Assembly: GCA_951406725.2 (NCBI GenBank)
Contig: OX597815.1
Coordinates: 35,670,001-35,732,000 of the forward strand
Source: Octopus vulgaris
Taxonomy: Eukaryota
DNA: 62,000 nt
Direction: 5' to 3'
The notes under the pieces are model-generated. The model searched no databases and had not been told where the DNA came from. It saw only the letters and a program-made list of their open reading frames with translations. Positions 26,141-36,751 of this stretch are shown piece by piece. The position numbers and the translations under genes are program-made. Positions within the stretch are counted from its first letter, which is position 1. Each line of letters opens with the position of its first letter.

Positions 26141-26605
26141 ACCTGCAACACCAAACTTTTTTTCCCCGTGGCTCTGCGCTGAAATTAGCTTACGTGCAAA
26201 TTTGGTCTTTCTTTGCAAAGTATTTATGCAAGTATTTATGTGAGTAACCATTTTTAATTTAAAAGAAAAAATTCAATTTTACCTTGAAAACCCTGTGCGC
26301 GCACATTTTTTTAGCACATGTTGTAAAACACGTCCTGGGTATGTAAGATTGAGGTAGTGCTTAGCGTGGGAACTCGTGGGACAATAGGTGTGTCGAGAAA
26401 CGGAAAGACGAGTGAGTCAGGAGTCCTCAAGCAGAGGTGGCACGAACCCAAGAGCCCCGATGAGCAGATATTACTTTAGTAGCAGTCAAAAATGTGACTA
26501 AAGGCAACAAAATGTCTGTGGGAAAGAGACGATGGACGACTTCATCAAGTCACCCGAGGGTGTTCCATGTGTGAAAAAAACAACGATATTCTGTCACCCA
26601 TAGAT

Positions 26606-26639
<34 letters not shown>

Positions 26640-26642
<3 letters not shown>

Positions 26643-27352
26643 AGTGGCTAAGCCAGAATAATGTTTTCGCCACTTGACCCTTCTAACCTCTTCTGTTTCA
26701 CCAATAGCTAGAACAGAGACTTCCAACGAAATTTATTGTTCTCAACAATATGTCTATCCTTCGGGCTAGTTTTGGATAGTTATAAAAACAAGAACTCCGT
26801 AAGCCAAAGTCCCTTTAACAAGGAAAAGCAGGCGTCATTTTTCTGTGTAGTAGCCGAATTGAAAGAGACAGTATGGGTGACGCGTGGAAGAAGAATTGAG
26901 ACAGGCAACTTTACCTCCGGGCACAGGTTGATTAGTTTGTTTTTTTTAACTACCACCTGTCCAGAAAGATCAGTCTGGAGAAAAGGTGCCTACCTCAAAG
27001 GACATTTGAGAAAAGATGGACAACTGTCCTAAGGAAGTTGAGAGTGAATGGGGCTGCGCTAGTGTAGCCGGTCTGAGCAGAAAAGAAGAAGAAAAAATAA
27101 CAAAAGAAAAGTTATAAAGTGGAAAAAAAGAAAAAAAAGACGGCGGATCGAACACGAACCCGAAAAATATTTCATCGTTTAATTTTAAAATTCATTTCGA
27201 TTTTATTGTATTGTGTAAATTCAACGATTTCATTATATCCGATTTTTAGACGAACTAAGTAATGTATAACCCCAGCCCCTAAATGTTTTTAGTTTTGTCC
27301 TTCTGCTGTCCCCTCTGTGTCATGGCCTGTTTGCCAAATAAAAGAAATTAGT
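26640..27352 (+). mobile_element. Tx1/L1-like LINE 3' fragment (ORF2 C-terminus plus 3' UTR)
   Basis: FFCVVAELKETVWVTR..then FNYHLSRKISLEKRCLPQRTFEKRW; homologous to 37017-37530; A-rich UTR ending AATAAAAGAAATTAG. Confidence 0.65.
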
Positions 27353-27554
27353 TAGTGAGAGCGACCATCAGTGAGTGTGAACGGTCGACCACAAACAAGC
27401 AGGCAACCAAACGGCCAGAGGGAGAAAGAAAGTTACAATCAGCGACTATGCGAGACAACTTCCCTCGATCTCTCACTTTTACTAGCTCACTTTCTTTTCT
27501 CTGTAACATTACCTTATCTCTATCTATATACTACTATGAGAACGTGTACACACA

Positions 27555-27791
27555 TACCTATTTCTTTACTACCCACAAGGAGCTAAACATAGAGTGGACA
27601 AACAAGGACAGGCAAACGGGTTAAGTCGATTATATCGACCCCAGTGCGTTACTGGTACTTATTTAATCGACCCCGAAAGGATGAAAGGCAAAGTCGACCT
27701 CGGCGGAATTTGAACTCATAACGTAACGGCAGACGAAATACCGCTAAGCATTTCGCCCGGCGTGCTAACGTTTCTGCCAGTTCGCCGCCTT
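27555..27791 (-). mobile_element. SINE family A
   Basis: Matches other family A copies. Confidence 0.85.
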
Positions 27792-27882
27792 ATATACCGG
27801 CCGAAATTAACTCTTTTTTACCTCACATGCTTTTCCATTTACTAATTATACATACCAACCCACCGTGGTTTTGAATATATAT

Positions 27883-28298
27883 AGGCGCAGGAGTGGCTGT
27901 GTGGTAAGTAGCTTGCTAACCAACCACATGGTTCCGGGTTCAGTCCCACTGCGTGGCATCTTGGGCAAGTGTCTTCTGCTATAGCCCCGGGCCGACCAAA
28001 GCCTTGTGAGTGGATTTGGTAGACGGAAACTGAAAGAAGCCTGTCGTATATATGTATATATATATATGTGTGTGTGTATGTGTTTGTGTGTCTGTGTTTG
28101 TCCCCCTAGCATTGCTTGACAACCGATGCTGGAGTGTTTACGTCCCCGTTACTTAGCGGTTCGGCAAAAGATACCGATAGAGTAAGTACTGGGCTTACAA
28201 AGAATAAGTCCTGGGGTCGATTTGCTCGACTAAAAGGCGGTGCTCCAGCATGGCCGCAGTCAAATGACTGAAACAAGTAAAAGAGTAAAAGAGTAAAG
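27883..28298 (+). mobile_element. SINE family B, full length
   Basis: tRNA-like head AGGCGCAGGAGTGGCTGTGTGGTAAG, internal TA/TG tract, (GTAAAAGA)n tail. Confidence 0.9.
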
Positions 28299-28380
28299 TA
28301 ACGGTAAATAGAAATCTCTTTACAACTTCATTCGCTGTTCTTCAACATGCATTTGCAACTGAAAACATTACCTTTACATG

Positions 28381-28614
28381 TTCTTTTACTTATTTCAGTC
28401 ATTTGACTGCGGCCATGCTGTAGCACCGCCTTCAGTTGAGCAAATCGACCCTAGGTCTTATTCTTTGTAAGCCTAGTACTTATCCTATCGGTCACTTTGC
28501 CGAACCGCTAAGTTACGGAGACGTAAACACAACAGCATCGGTTGTCAAGCGATGTTGTGGGGACAAACACATACACACAAACATACACAGACATACACAG
28601 ATATATATACACAA

Positions 28615-28674
<60 letters not shown>

Positions 28675-28830
28675 GGCGGGCTTCTTTCAGTTTCTGTCTA
28701 CTAAATCCACTCACAAGGCTTCGGTCGGCCCGAGGCTATAATAGAAGACATTTGCCCAAGATGCCACGCAGTGGGACTGAACCTGGAACCATATGATTGG
28801 TAAACAAGCTATTTATCACACATCCACTCA
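28381..28830 (-). mobile_element. SINE family B, inverted relative to 27883
   Basis: Reverse complement of the family B sequence. Confidence 0.85.
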
Positions 28831-28843
28831 TATATATATATAT

Positions 28844-29030
28844 AGGGAGAATTCACGAAAAAAACAAAAGACGAAGACAGATGGTGTAGAAAACTAATAG
28901 ATGTATTAGTATAACCCTCGGGAATTGAAAAAGTCTTTTACGTTTCGAGCCTACGCTCTTCCATAGAAAGGAACACAGAAAGAAACAAGGAGAGAAAAAA
29001 ATGTGTGTAGTGGCTAACGATCAATCATGG
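28844..29030 (-). mobile_element. Penelope-associated short repeat with variant minimal hammerhead (28935-28970)
   Basis: Homologous to 30765-30921 and 56067-56275; minus strand CTTT-CTATGGA-A-GAGC-GTAG-GCTC-GAAACGTA-AAAG. Confidence 0.55.
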
Positions 29031-29033
29031 TGA

Positions 29034-29072
<39 letters not shown>

Positions 29073-29227
29073 CATAAGGGACTAAAGCCATCTGAATATG
29101 GCTAGGGACAGGGCAGGGTGGTGGGGGTGTTACTGTTGCATTTAGCCCCAGGCGAACATCGACGTCACCAGAAAGGCTCGACACCGTCACGGTGCCCTAA
29201 ACCTGCAAAGGGAGGTAATTCCCCGAT

Positions 29228-29301
29228 GAAGCGGAAACCACACACGGACCATGGTTTCAAGGTGTATTGCCTATCATCGGCGTGTGGTAGGCCTCCGCTT
29301 C
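29228..29301 (-). ncRNA. Type I hammerhead ribozyme (359-bp unit copy 1)
   Basis: Reverse complement of 30073-30146; predicted cleavage after C at 29247. Confidence 0.72.
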
Positions 29302-29586
29302 CTCGACGAATTCTCACTATGCAGGATTTCTTATATAGATTTTCAAGCAAAATACATTTGCTGATTTCGAAAATCTGTTCGAAAGCAATAATAATTCTCT
29401 AAAAGGGATATAGACAGTAACTGCTCGATAACATAAGGGACTAAAGCCATCTGAATATGGCTAGGGACAGGGCAGGGTGGTGGGGGTGTTACTGTTGCAT
29501 TTAGCCCCAGGCGAACATCGACGTCACCAGAAAGGCTCGACACCGTCACGGTGCCCTAAACCTGCAAAGGGAGGTAATTCCCCGAT

Positions 29587-29660
29587 GAAGCGGAAACCAC
29601 ACACGGACCATGGTTTCAAGGTGTATTGCCTATCATCGGCGTGTGGTAGGCCTCCGCTTC
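29587..29660 (-). ncRNA. Type I hammerhead ribozyme (359-bp unit copy 2)
   Basis: Copy 1 plus 359 bp; predicted cleavage after C at 29606. Confidence 0.72.
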
Positions 29661-30072
29661 CTCGACGAATTCTCACTATGCAGGATTTCTTATATAGATT
29701 TTCAAGCAAAATACATTTGCTGATTTCGAAAATCTGTTCGAAAGCAATAATAATTCTCTAAAAGGGATATAGACAGTAACTGCTCGATAACATAAGGGAC
29801 TAAAGCCATCTGAATATGGCTAGGGACAGGGCAGGGTGGTGGGGGTGTTACTGTTGCATTTAGCCCCAGGCGAACATCGACGTAACACCCCCACCACCCT
29901 GCCCTGTCCCTAGCCATATTCAGATGGCTTTAGTCCCTTATGTTATCGAGCAGTTACTGTCTATATCCCTTTTAGAGAATTATTATTGCTTTCGAACAGA
30001 TTTTCGAAATCAGCAAATGTATTTTGCTTGAAAATCTATATAAGAAATCCTGCATAGTGAGAATTCGTTGAG

Positions 30073-30146
30073 GAAGCGGAGGCCTACCACACGCCGATGA
30101 TAGGCAATACACCTTGAAACCATGGTCCGTGTGTGGTTTCCGCTTC
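30073..30146 (+). ncRNA. Type I hammerhead ribozyme (inverted copy)
   Basis: Extended helix I GAAGCGGA..CACACG / CGTGTG..TCCGCTTC; CCGATGA at 30094-30100; helix II AGG/CCT; GAAA at 30116-30119; helix III ACCATGGT palindrome; GTC cleavage after 30127. Confidence 0.72.
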
Positions 30147-30347
30147 ATCGGGGAATTACCTCCCTTTGCAGGTTTAGGGCACCGTGACGGTGTCGAGCCT
30201 TTCTGGTGACGTCGATGTTCGCCTGGGGCTAAATGCAACAGTAACACCCCCACCACCCTGCCCTGTCCCTAGCCATATTCAGATGGCTTTAGTCCCTTAT
30301 GTTATCGAGCAGTTACTGTCTATATCCCTTTTAGAGAATTATTATTG

Positions 30348-30397
<50 letters not shown>

Positions 30398-30764
30398 GAG
30401 TAAAAAATTGTTAAATGATTTATTACCAGTGGTCTTCATGTACAATAAAAGTTATAAGACGCAAAATATTTGTTTTTAGAGTGTATAAATTACACGAGGA
30501 GAAAACCATCTTACATGCTGGAAAGGGCTGTCGCAATCTAAACCACGAATAAAATTCTTAAAGCACATTGCTTGTGTGCACTAGAATGAATAAAAATTCA
30601 GTAAACCTTATACTCATGAGTTTCATTATTAAGAATTTATTTCGTGGTTTGGGTTGTGACTGCCCTTTCCAACATTTAAGAAGCCCTATCGATGGTCGTT
30701 TCTTAGTGTATTTATACGCTCTTATAAACATGTATATATATATATATATATATACGCTAGCCAC

Positions 30765-30921
30765 TACACATTTTTTATTTTCTCTCCTTGTTTCTTTCTG
30801 TGTTCCTTTCTGTGGAAGAGCGTAGGCTCGAAACGTTAAAGACTTTTTCATTTCCCGAGCATTATACTAATACAGCTGTTTGTTGTCTACACCACCTGTC
30901 TTCGTCTGGGAATTCCCCCTA
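30765..30921 (+). mobile_element. Penelope-associated short repeat with variant minimal hammerhead (30806-30843)
   Basis: CTTT-CTGTGGA-A-GAGC-GTAG-GCTC-GAAACGTTA-AAG; a truncated inverted copy of its 3' end lies at 30991-31030. Confidence 0.55.
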
Positions 30922-30928
30922 TATGTAT

Positions 30929-30982
<54 letters not shown>

Positions 30983-31024
30983 ATATATATAGGGGGAATT
31001 CCCAGACGAAGACAGGTGGTGTAG

Positions 31025-31103
<79 letters not shown>

Positions 31104-31212
31104 GCAGTATGAAACTTTGAGTAACGATGTTTTCACCTAAAGCTACACACATATTTTCGTTTACTTGCTTCAGTCATTTTATAGCGGCCATGCTGGGGCA
31201 CCACAATTGACT

Positions 31213-31459
31213 CAGTGGTTCTCAACCAGTTTTTGCCCATGTCCACCTTTGATTCTTGTTTTACTCTGCTGGACTTCCAAAGTCATTCAATGTATATTTT
31301 AGAAAATCCCACTGTAGTGGGATTTTTTAAAAATTAAATATCATTAGGAGCTGTATAAAAAGAAAGCAAAATATTTTGTGCATTGTAGAAGTATAAGGAA
31401 TTTATTGCAGATAAATTTTAACAGCAAAATCTTATATGGACCCTGGTTGACAACCACTG
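31213..31459. mobile_element. hAT-like MITE inserted in a SINE remnant
   Basis: TIRs CAGTGGTTCTCAACCAG / CTGGTTGACAACCACTG; no clear TSD. Confidence 0.65.
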
Positions 31460-31554
31460 CTTTAGCTGAACAAAATGACCCCTGTACTTCTTTCAGGTTT
31501 GATATTCATTCTATCGTTGTCTTTTTCTCGAATATATAAGTTATGAGAAGATAT

Positions 31555-31860
31555 GTTTCTTTATTAGCCACACAGGGCTGCACACAGACGGGACAGATTA
31601 CAAAGTAGAGCTTTTCTTTTTGGGGGAAAAAAAAAAGAAAGGTGGGGTAGGTTTTCGATCAAAAGGGATCGTAAAAGGGAAAGAAGAAGAAAAAAGGAAA
31701 AAAAGGAAAAGAAACAAAAGAAAAAAAAGCGATCAATAAGGATCGTGTATCACAGTGTCATGATGTAAAGTGTAAAGGGAGAAGCAGATAAGGTTTATCC
31801 GTGGGAAGAAAAGCCTACGGAAAAGACCACGGTAACCTCGGTCAGTATTGTTACATGTTA
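31555..31860 (-). mobile_element. Probable Tx1/L1-like LINE 3' UTR
   Basis: Pyrimidine-rich UTR ending TGTCCCGTCTGTGTGCAGCCCTGTGTGGCTAATAAAGAAAC, like the 3' ends at 27290-27350 and 37017-37090. Confidence 0.45.
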
Positions 31861-32862
31861 CCACATTTGTTTGCAAGTAGGTAACCCTCTGTTTTAAATT
31901 TCCGGTTCATAGGATTATGCTCAAGGTGGCTTCGTCATTCATACGTGCCATCCTTGCTACATTCACCCATCTTTTTTTAAAACATTCGCTAGACAAAACT
32001 TGCCTCTCTACTCTCACTTTCCTTTTCAAGTGATACGAGAAGATGAACAAATCTAACACTGGTTGTTAAGTGGTGGTTGAGGCGGGGGAGAGGGCAAGCA
32101 CTGACGCACGTGCAAATATATACGAAGGGCTTCCACGCAGTTTCTAAATTCGCTTACTAGAAATTAGTTTGAATGTATGTGTTTGTGCGTGTGCGCACGT
32201 TTGTGATCCACATTTACTGAAGGCGGAACTAATTTTTCCACTAGAAAAATGAAATTTTCCTGGAAATTAAGCATTCAAAGTGAAACACTTGCTTCCAACT
32301 AAATCCTGTGTTACACTTAATCAGCTGACTTTACCAGGAAATATCAATATGTTCTTATTCTCTGTAACAGTGACTACACTCCTATTCTATATAATAGCAA
32401 CGACATGACAATTCTAATGACTTGATACTTTTAGATAACAGCCACTTGAAAGTATTATGTAGCCACTAGGCCTGCTAGAAATTGTAGCCGAATCGCCCCC
32501 AGATCCAAGCCTGCCGTCTTAAATAAGAAAAGGTCTCATTTGATTATGTAGTCCTAGTTATCCCTAAAAAGACCAGGTGATCACAGCTGGAATTTCTTTG
32601 ATCATAAGACTACGTTAGGACTTTGATCATAGGACTACGTTATTAGGACTGAGATAGAGCTACATGCCTACGAAAACAAGGAGTGTTTACAAAGGCTTCA
32701 TCATAGAATGTATTTAATTTCAATGAATGAATATCATAGACTTTTAAGAAAGTTGAAGTAAAACATAAACAAAAAGCTGTTATTTTCTAACAAATAGCTT
32801 TCCTGTTATAGAAATTGATGTCTATATTCTGTAGAATAAATTCGGTATTGGGGGAGTATTTC

Positions 32863-32918
<56 letters not shown>

Positions 32919-32931
32919 TCATAATTAATCA

Positions 32932-33265
32932 ATATAGGGTGGCAAAAAAATTTTGTAGAATTCTTTTGCCACCAGCGGCCTAGTAGGAAAAAATTAAAAT
33001 AGTCATAGACCATTTTTAAGTTCAACATCAACAATAAAGGAACGGCCATAATAGGCCATTCACCCACTAGAAATAACAGCCAAAGCTTCAACCGCAAATA
33101 AAAGTTAATTCAGTAAACCAGGAGAAAATTTAAAAAACATTTACCCTGTAAATGTTTTTTAAATTTTCTCCTGGTTTACTGAATTAACTTTTATTTGCGG
33201 TTGAAGCTTTGGCTGTTATTTCTAGTGGGTGAATGGCCTATTATGGCCGTTCCTTTATTGTTGAT
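32932..33265. repeat. Mariner-like end remnant carrying a perfect 118-bp-arm palindrome (33027-33265)
   Basis: TATAGGGTGGCAAAAAAATTT TIR-like start; arms 33027-33144 and 33148-33265, loop CCT. Confidence 0.85.
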
Positions 33266-33299
33266 ATATATATATATATATATATTCTTTTTTCTTCTT

Positions 33300-33522
33300 T
33301 TATTTGTTTCAGTCATTTTACTGTGGCCATGCTGGAGCACCGCCTTTAGTCGAGCAAATCGACACCAGGACTTATTCTTTGTAAGCCTAGTACTTACTCT
33401 ATCGGACTCTTTTGCCGAACCGCTAAGTTACAGGGACATAAACACACCAGGATCGGTTGTCAAGCTATGTTGGGGGGACAAACACAGACACACAAACATA
33501 CACACACACACACACACACACA

Positions 33523-33569
<47 letters not shown>

Positions 33570-33737
33570 TATATATATGCATATATACGACGGGTTTCTT
33601 TGAGCTTACGTCTACCTAATCCACTCACAAGGCTTTGGTCGGCCCGAGGCTATAGTAGAAGACACTTGCCCAAGGTGTCACGCAGTGGGACTGAACCCGG
33701 AACCATGTGGTTGGTATGCAAGCTACTTACCACACAG

Positions 33738-33740
<3 letters not shown>
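33300..33740 (-). mobile_element. SINE family B
   Basis: Matches other family B copies. Confidence 0.85.
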
Positions 33741-33785
<45 letters not shown>

Positions 33786-33792
33786 ATTATTA

Positions 33793-33926
33793 TTATTAAT
33801 ATTTAGCAGAAGCAACAGAGTGACTCAAGGTCTGAGAGTTTCGTGCGTCTGCACTGTTTGATAAGTACCAACGCACGAAACACTGGGACCTTGAGTCACT
33901 TTGTTGCTTCTGCTAAATATTAATAA
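33793..33926. mobile_element. Small hairpin MITE with about 40-bp TIRs
   Basis: TTATTAATATTTAGCAGAAGCAACAGAGTGACTCAAGGTC / GACCTTGAGTCACTTTGTTGCTTCTGCTAAATATTAATAA. Confidence 0.8.
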
Positions 33927-33990
33927 AAATATACATATATTTTGGGCTTTGTTTGCACCAACATACCTACATAACTATATGCAGTGTATG

Positions 33991-34060
<70 letters not shown>

Positions 34061-34074
34061 ACAGTTAATAATGC

Positions 34075-34268
34075 GTATCGTTGGCGATTTTTTCCTCCGT
34101 CTTCCCTTCCTTGGATCTTTCCTTTTCCTATGTTTCTGACGAAGAGCTCCGCTCGAAACGTTAAATCCTCCTTCTTTGTTTCCTTTCCTGAGTGTTCAAT
34201 AACACTATATATATTCCACGACCTCGCGTTGTTGTGTTTTCTCTTTGTGTTTTCATGTTTGGATTAAC
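34075..34268 (+). mobile_element. Penelope-associated short repeat
   Basis: Homologous to 53770-53960 and 54983-55170; ends at (TA)n; carries a minimal hammerhead. Confidence 0.65.
34132..34167 (+). ncRNA. Minimal type I hammerhead
   Basis: GTTT-CTGACGA-A-GAGC-TCC-GCTC-GAAACGTTA-AATC; AACGTT palindrome as helix III; cleavage predicted after 34163. Confidence 0.7.
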
Positions 34269-34299
34269 TATATATATATATATATATATACACACACAT

Positions 34300-34454
34300 A
34301 GGCGCAGGAGTGGCCGTGTGGTAAGTAGCTTGCTTACCAGCCACGTGGCACCTTGGGCAAGTGTCTTCTCCTATAGCTTCGGGCCGGCCAAAGCCTTTTG
34401 AGTGAATTTGGTAGACGGAAACTGAAAGAAGCTCGTCGTATATATGTATATATA

Positions 34455-34527
<73 letters not shown>

Positions 34528-34656
34528 TTGTGTGTCTGTGTTTGTCCCCCAACATCGATAGACAACCGATGCTGGTGTGTTTACGTTCATATCACTTAGC
34601 GGTTCGGCAAAAGGACCCGATAGAATAAGTACTAGGATTATATATATATATATATA

Positions 34657-34697
<41 letters not shown>

Positions 34698-34892
34698 GTA
34701 TATATACATATACATACATATACAGGCGTAGGACTGGCTGTGGCTGTGTGGTAAGTAGCTTCCATACCAACCACATGATTCCGTGTTCAGTCCCACTGCG
34801 TGGTATGTTGGGCAAGTGTCTTCTACTATAGCCTCGGGCCGACCAAAGCCTTGCGAGTGGATTTGGTAGACGGAAACTGAAAGAAGCCCGTC

Positions 34893-34895
<3 letters not shown>
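34300..34895 (+). mobile_element. Two SINE family B copies (34300-34635, 34725-34895)
   Basis: Match other family B copies. Confidence 0.8.
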
Positions 34896-34928
<33 letters not shown>

Positions 34929-35177
34929 CTGTATGAGTTAGATAGAGGTTGAGAAACCAACTAAGGGATAGCACCTATCCAGTACACTGCTGGTAGTAGT
35001 CTACGCAATTATTCATATCCAAGTACTAGTTATTGTATGCCAATCTTGCAATTGGGCATTATATATGGGTGGGGATAACAAGTGGTTTACCCTTGATTTA
35101 TACGGCAAATAAGAAAACGGAGGGAATATAAAATCGACAGACAGACATCATATCCTCGCTGTTTTCTTATGTATGTG

Positions 35178-35256
<79 letters not shown>

Positions 35257-35519
35257 GTGTGTGTGTGTATATATAAGAGTTACGGAATGGAGTAGGTAAC
35301 ATCCAGGCTACATATGTTTCATAGCGGACGGAACTTCAGAAGTGGTATTCCACCGGCTACCTCTCAGGCCAGGGATATCATGACTAAATTAAAGGTTACA
35401 TTGTCGTAACAAGGACGTACATGCTGACGCATGGAAGATTCAATCAGAATGTGTAGAGAGCATAGTATGAGAGGAGTATATAAATTTAGGGAGAAATAGG
35501 TATACTTATTCCTCCCTGC

Positions 35520-35895
35520 ATTTATCTACTCCTCTCAAACCGTGGATGATCTTTACCAGCGTCGCCTTACTGGCACTTGTGTCGGTGGCACATGAAAAAA
35601 CATTCGAACGAGGTCGTTGCCAGTGCCGCTGGACTGGCTCCTGTGCAGGTGACACGTAAAAAAAAAACACCATTTGAGCGTGGCTGTTGCCAGTACCGCC
35701 TGACTGGTCCTCGTGCAAGTGGCACCTAAAAGCACCCACTGCACTCTCGGAGTGGTTGGCGTTAGGAAGGGCATCCAGCTGTAGAAACTCTGCCGGATCA
35801 AGATTGGAGCCTGGTGCAGCCATCTGGTTCGCCAGTCCTCAGTCAAATCGTCCAACCCATGCTAGCGGACGTTAAACGATGATGATCATCATCAT
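35520..35895 (+). mobile_element. SINE family C body and (ATG)n tail
   Basis: Shares core and tail with 2562-2700. Confidence 0.7.
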
Positions 35896-35905
35896 GATGA
35901 TCATG

Positions 35906-35986
<81 letters not shown>

Positions 35987-36259
35987 CTGAAGTACTCAAA
36001 ACCATAAACGGGTAAGTTTATCGGGGAAATACACTTTACACGGGAATTTGAAATAGCGAACATGTTTTATTGAGATCATAACTTGTTTACAGGTCACAGC
36101 CATTTTCAGTACATTTTTCATAAATATAGTGTATTGTTACATTTGGGGATGGTCTTCTTTTGTCAATTAAACACGATTCATTTGATCAAATACATGAAAA
36201 GTAAGCGTTTCTAGGCAGGGAAGGACGGAGGAAGGAAGGAAGGAAGGAAGGAAGGAAGG

Positions 36260-36315
<56 letters not shown>

Positions 36316-36340
36316 GGATGGATGGATGGATGGATGGATG

Positions 36341-36421
<81 letters not shown>

Positions 36422-36466
36422 GTATGTAGGTAAGTAGGTAGGTAGGTAGGTAGGTAGGTAGGTAGG

Positions 36467-36546
<80 letters not shown>

Positions 36547-36743
36547 GGTCAACGGTTAAAGTCCAACACTGGATAGCTCATGGAAATTGTAAATTTAAGA
36601 GAAATCAAGTAACAACGGGAAAATGCTGAAATTACATACACGTACCCATAACTTATTGCTTTCCCAATAATTCCTTCCGATGTTTTTTCAGCTAAATTAA
36701 ATAATTACTATGACGTTAGTAATCATTGAAATAAGGAATTATG

Positions 36744-36751
36744 TGACGTCA
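36744..36751. promoter_or_regulatory. Full CRE TGACGTCA in a repeat-free island
   Basis: Exact match; half-site TGACG at 36711. Confidence 0.35.

Larger units (their letters stand above)
29071..30349. repeat. 359-bp unit array (about 2.3 units, then about 1.3 inverted units) in (TA)n; candidate non-LTR retrozyme
   Basis: Units start at 29071, 29430 and 29789; inversion at about 29882; arms 29384-29851 and 29882-30349 differ at one site. Confidence 0.95.

Noticed and set aside
29221-29262. Possible opposite-polarity hammerhead CCGATGA-AGCG-GAAACCA..TGGTT on the plus strand
   Set aside because: No helix II and no helix I complementarity; a by-product of the antisense of helix I
29118-30256. 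Repeated 94-aa and 61-aa ORFs in the 359-bp units
   Set aside because: No recognisable domain; recurrence is due to unit repetition; the RNA-structure explanation is stronger
35303-35346. Minus-strand CTGAAGT..GAAAC-ATAT-GTA with palindromic ACATATGT
   Set aside because: A9 missing, helix II and helix I not paired; at best a decayed relic
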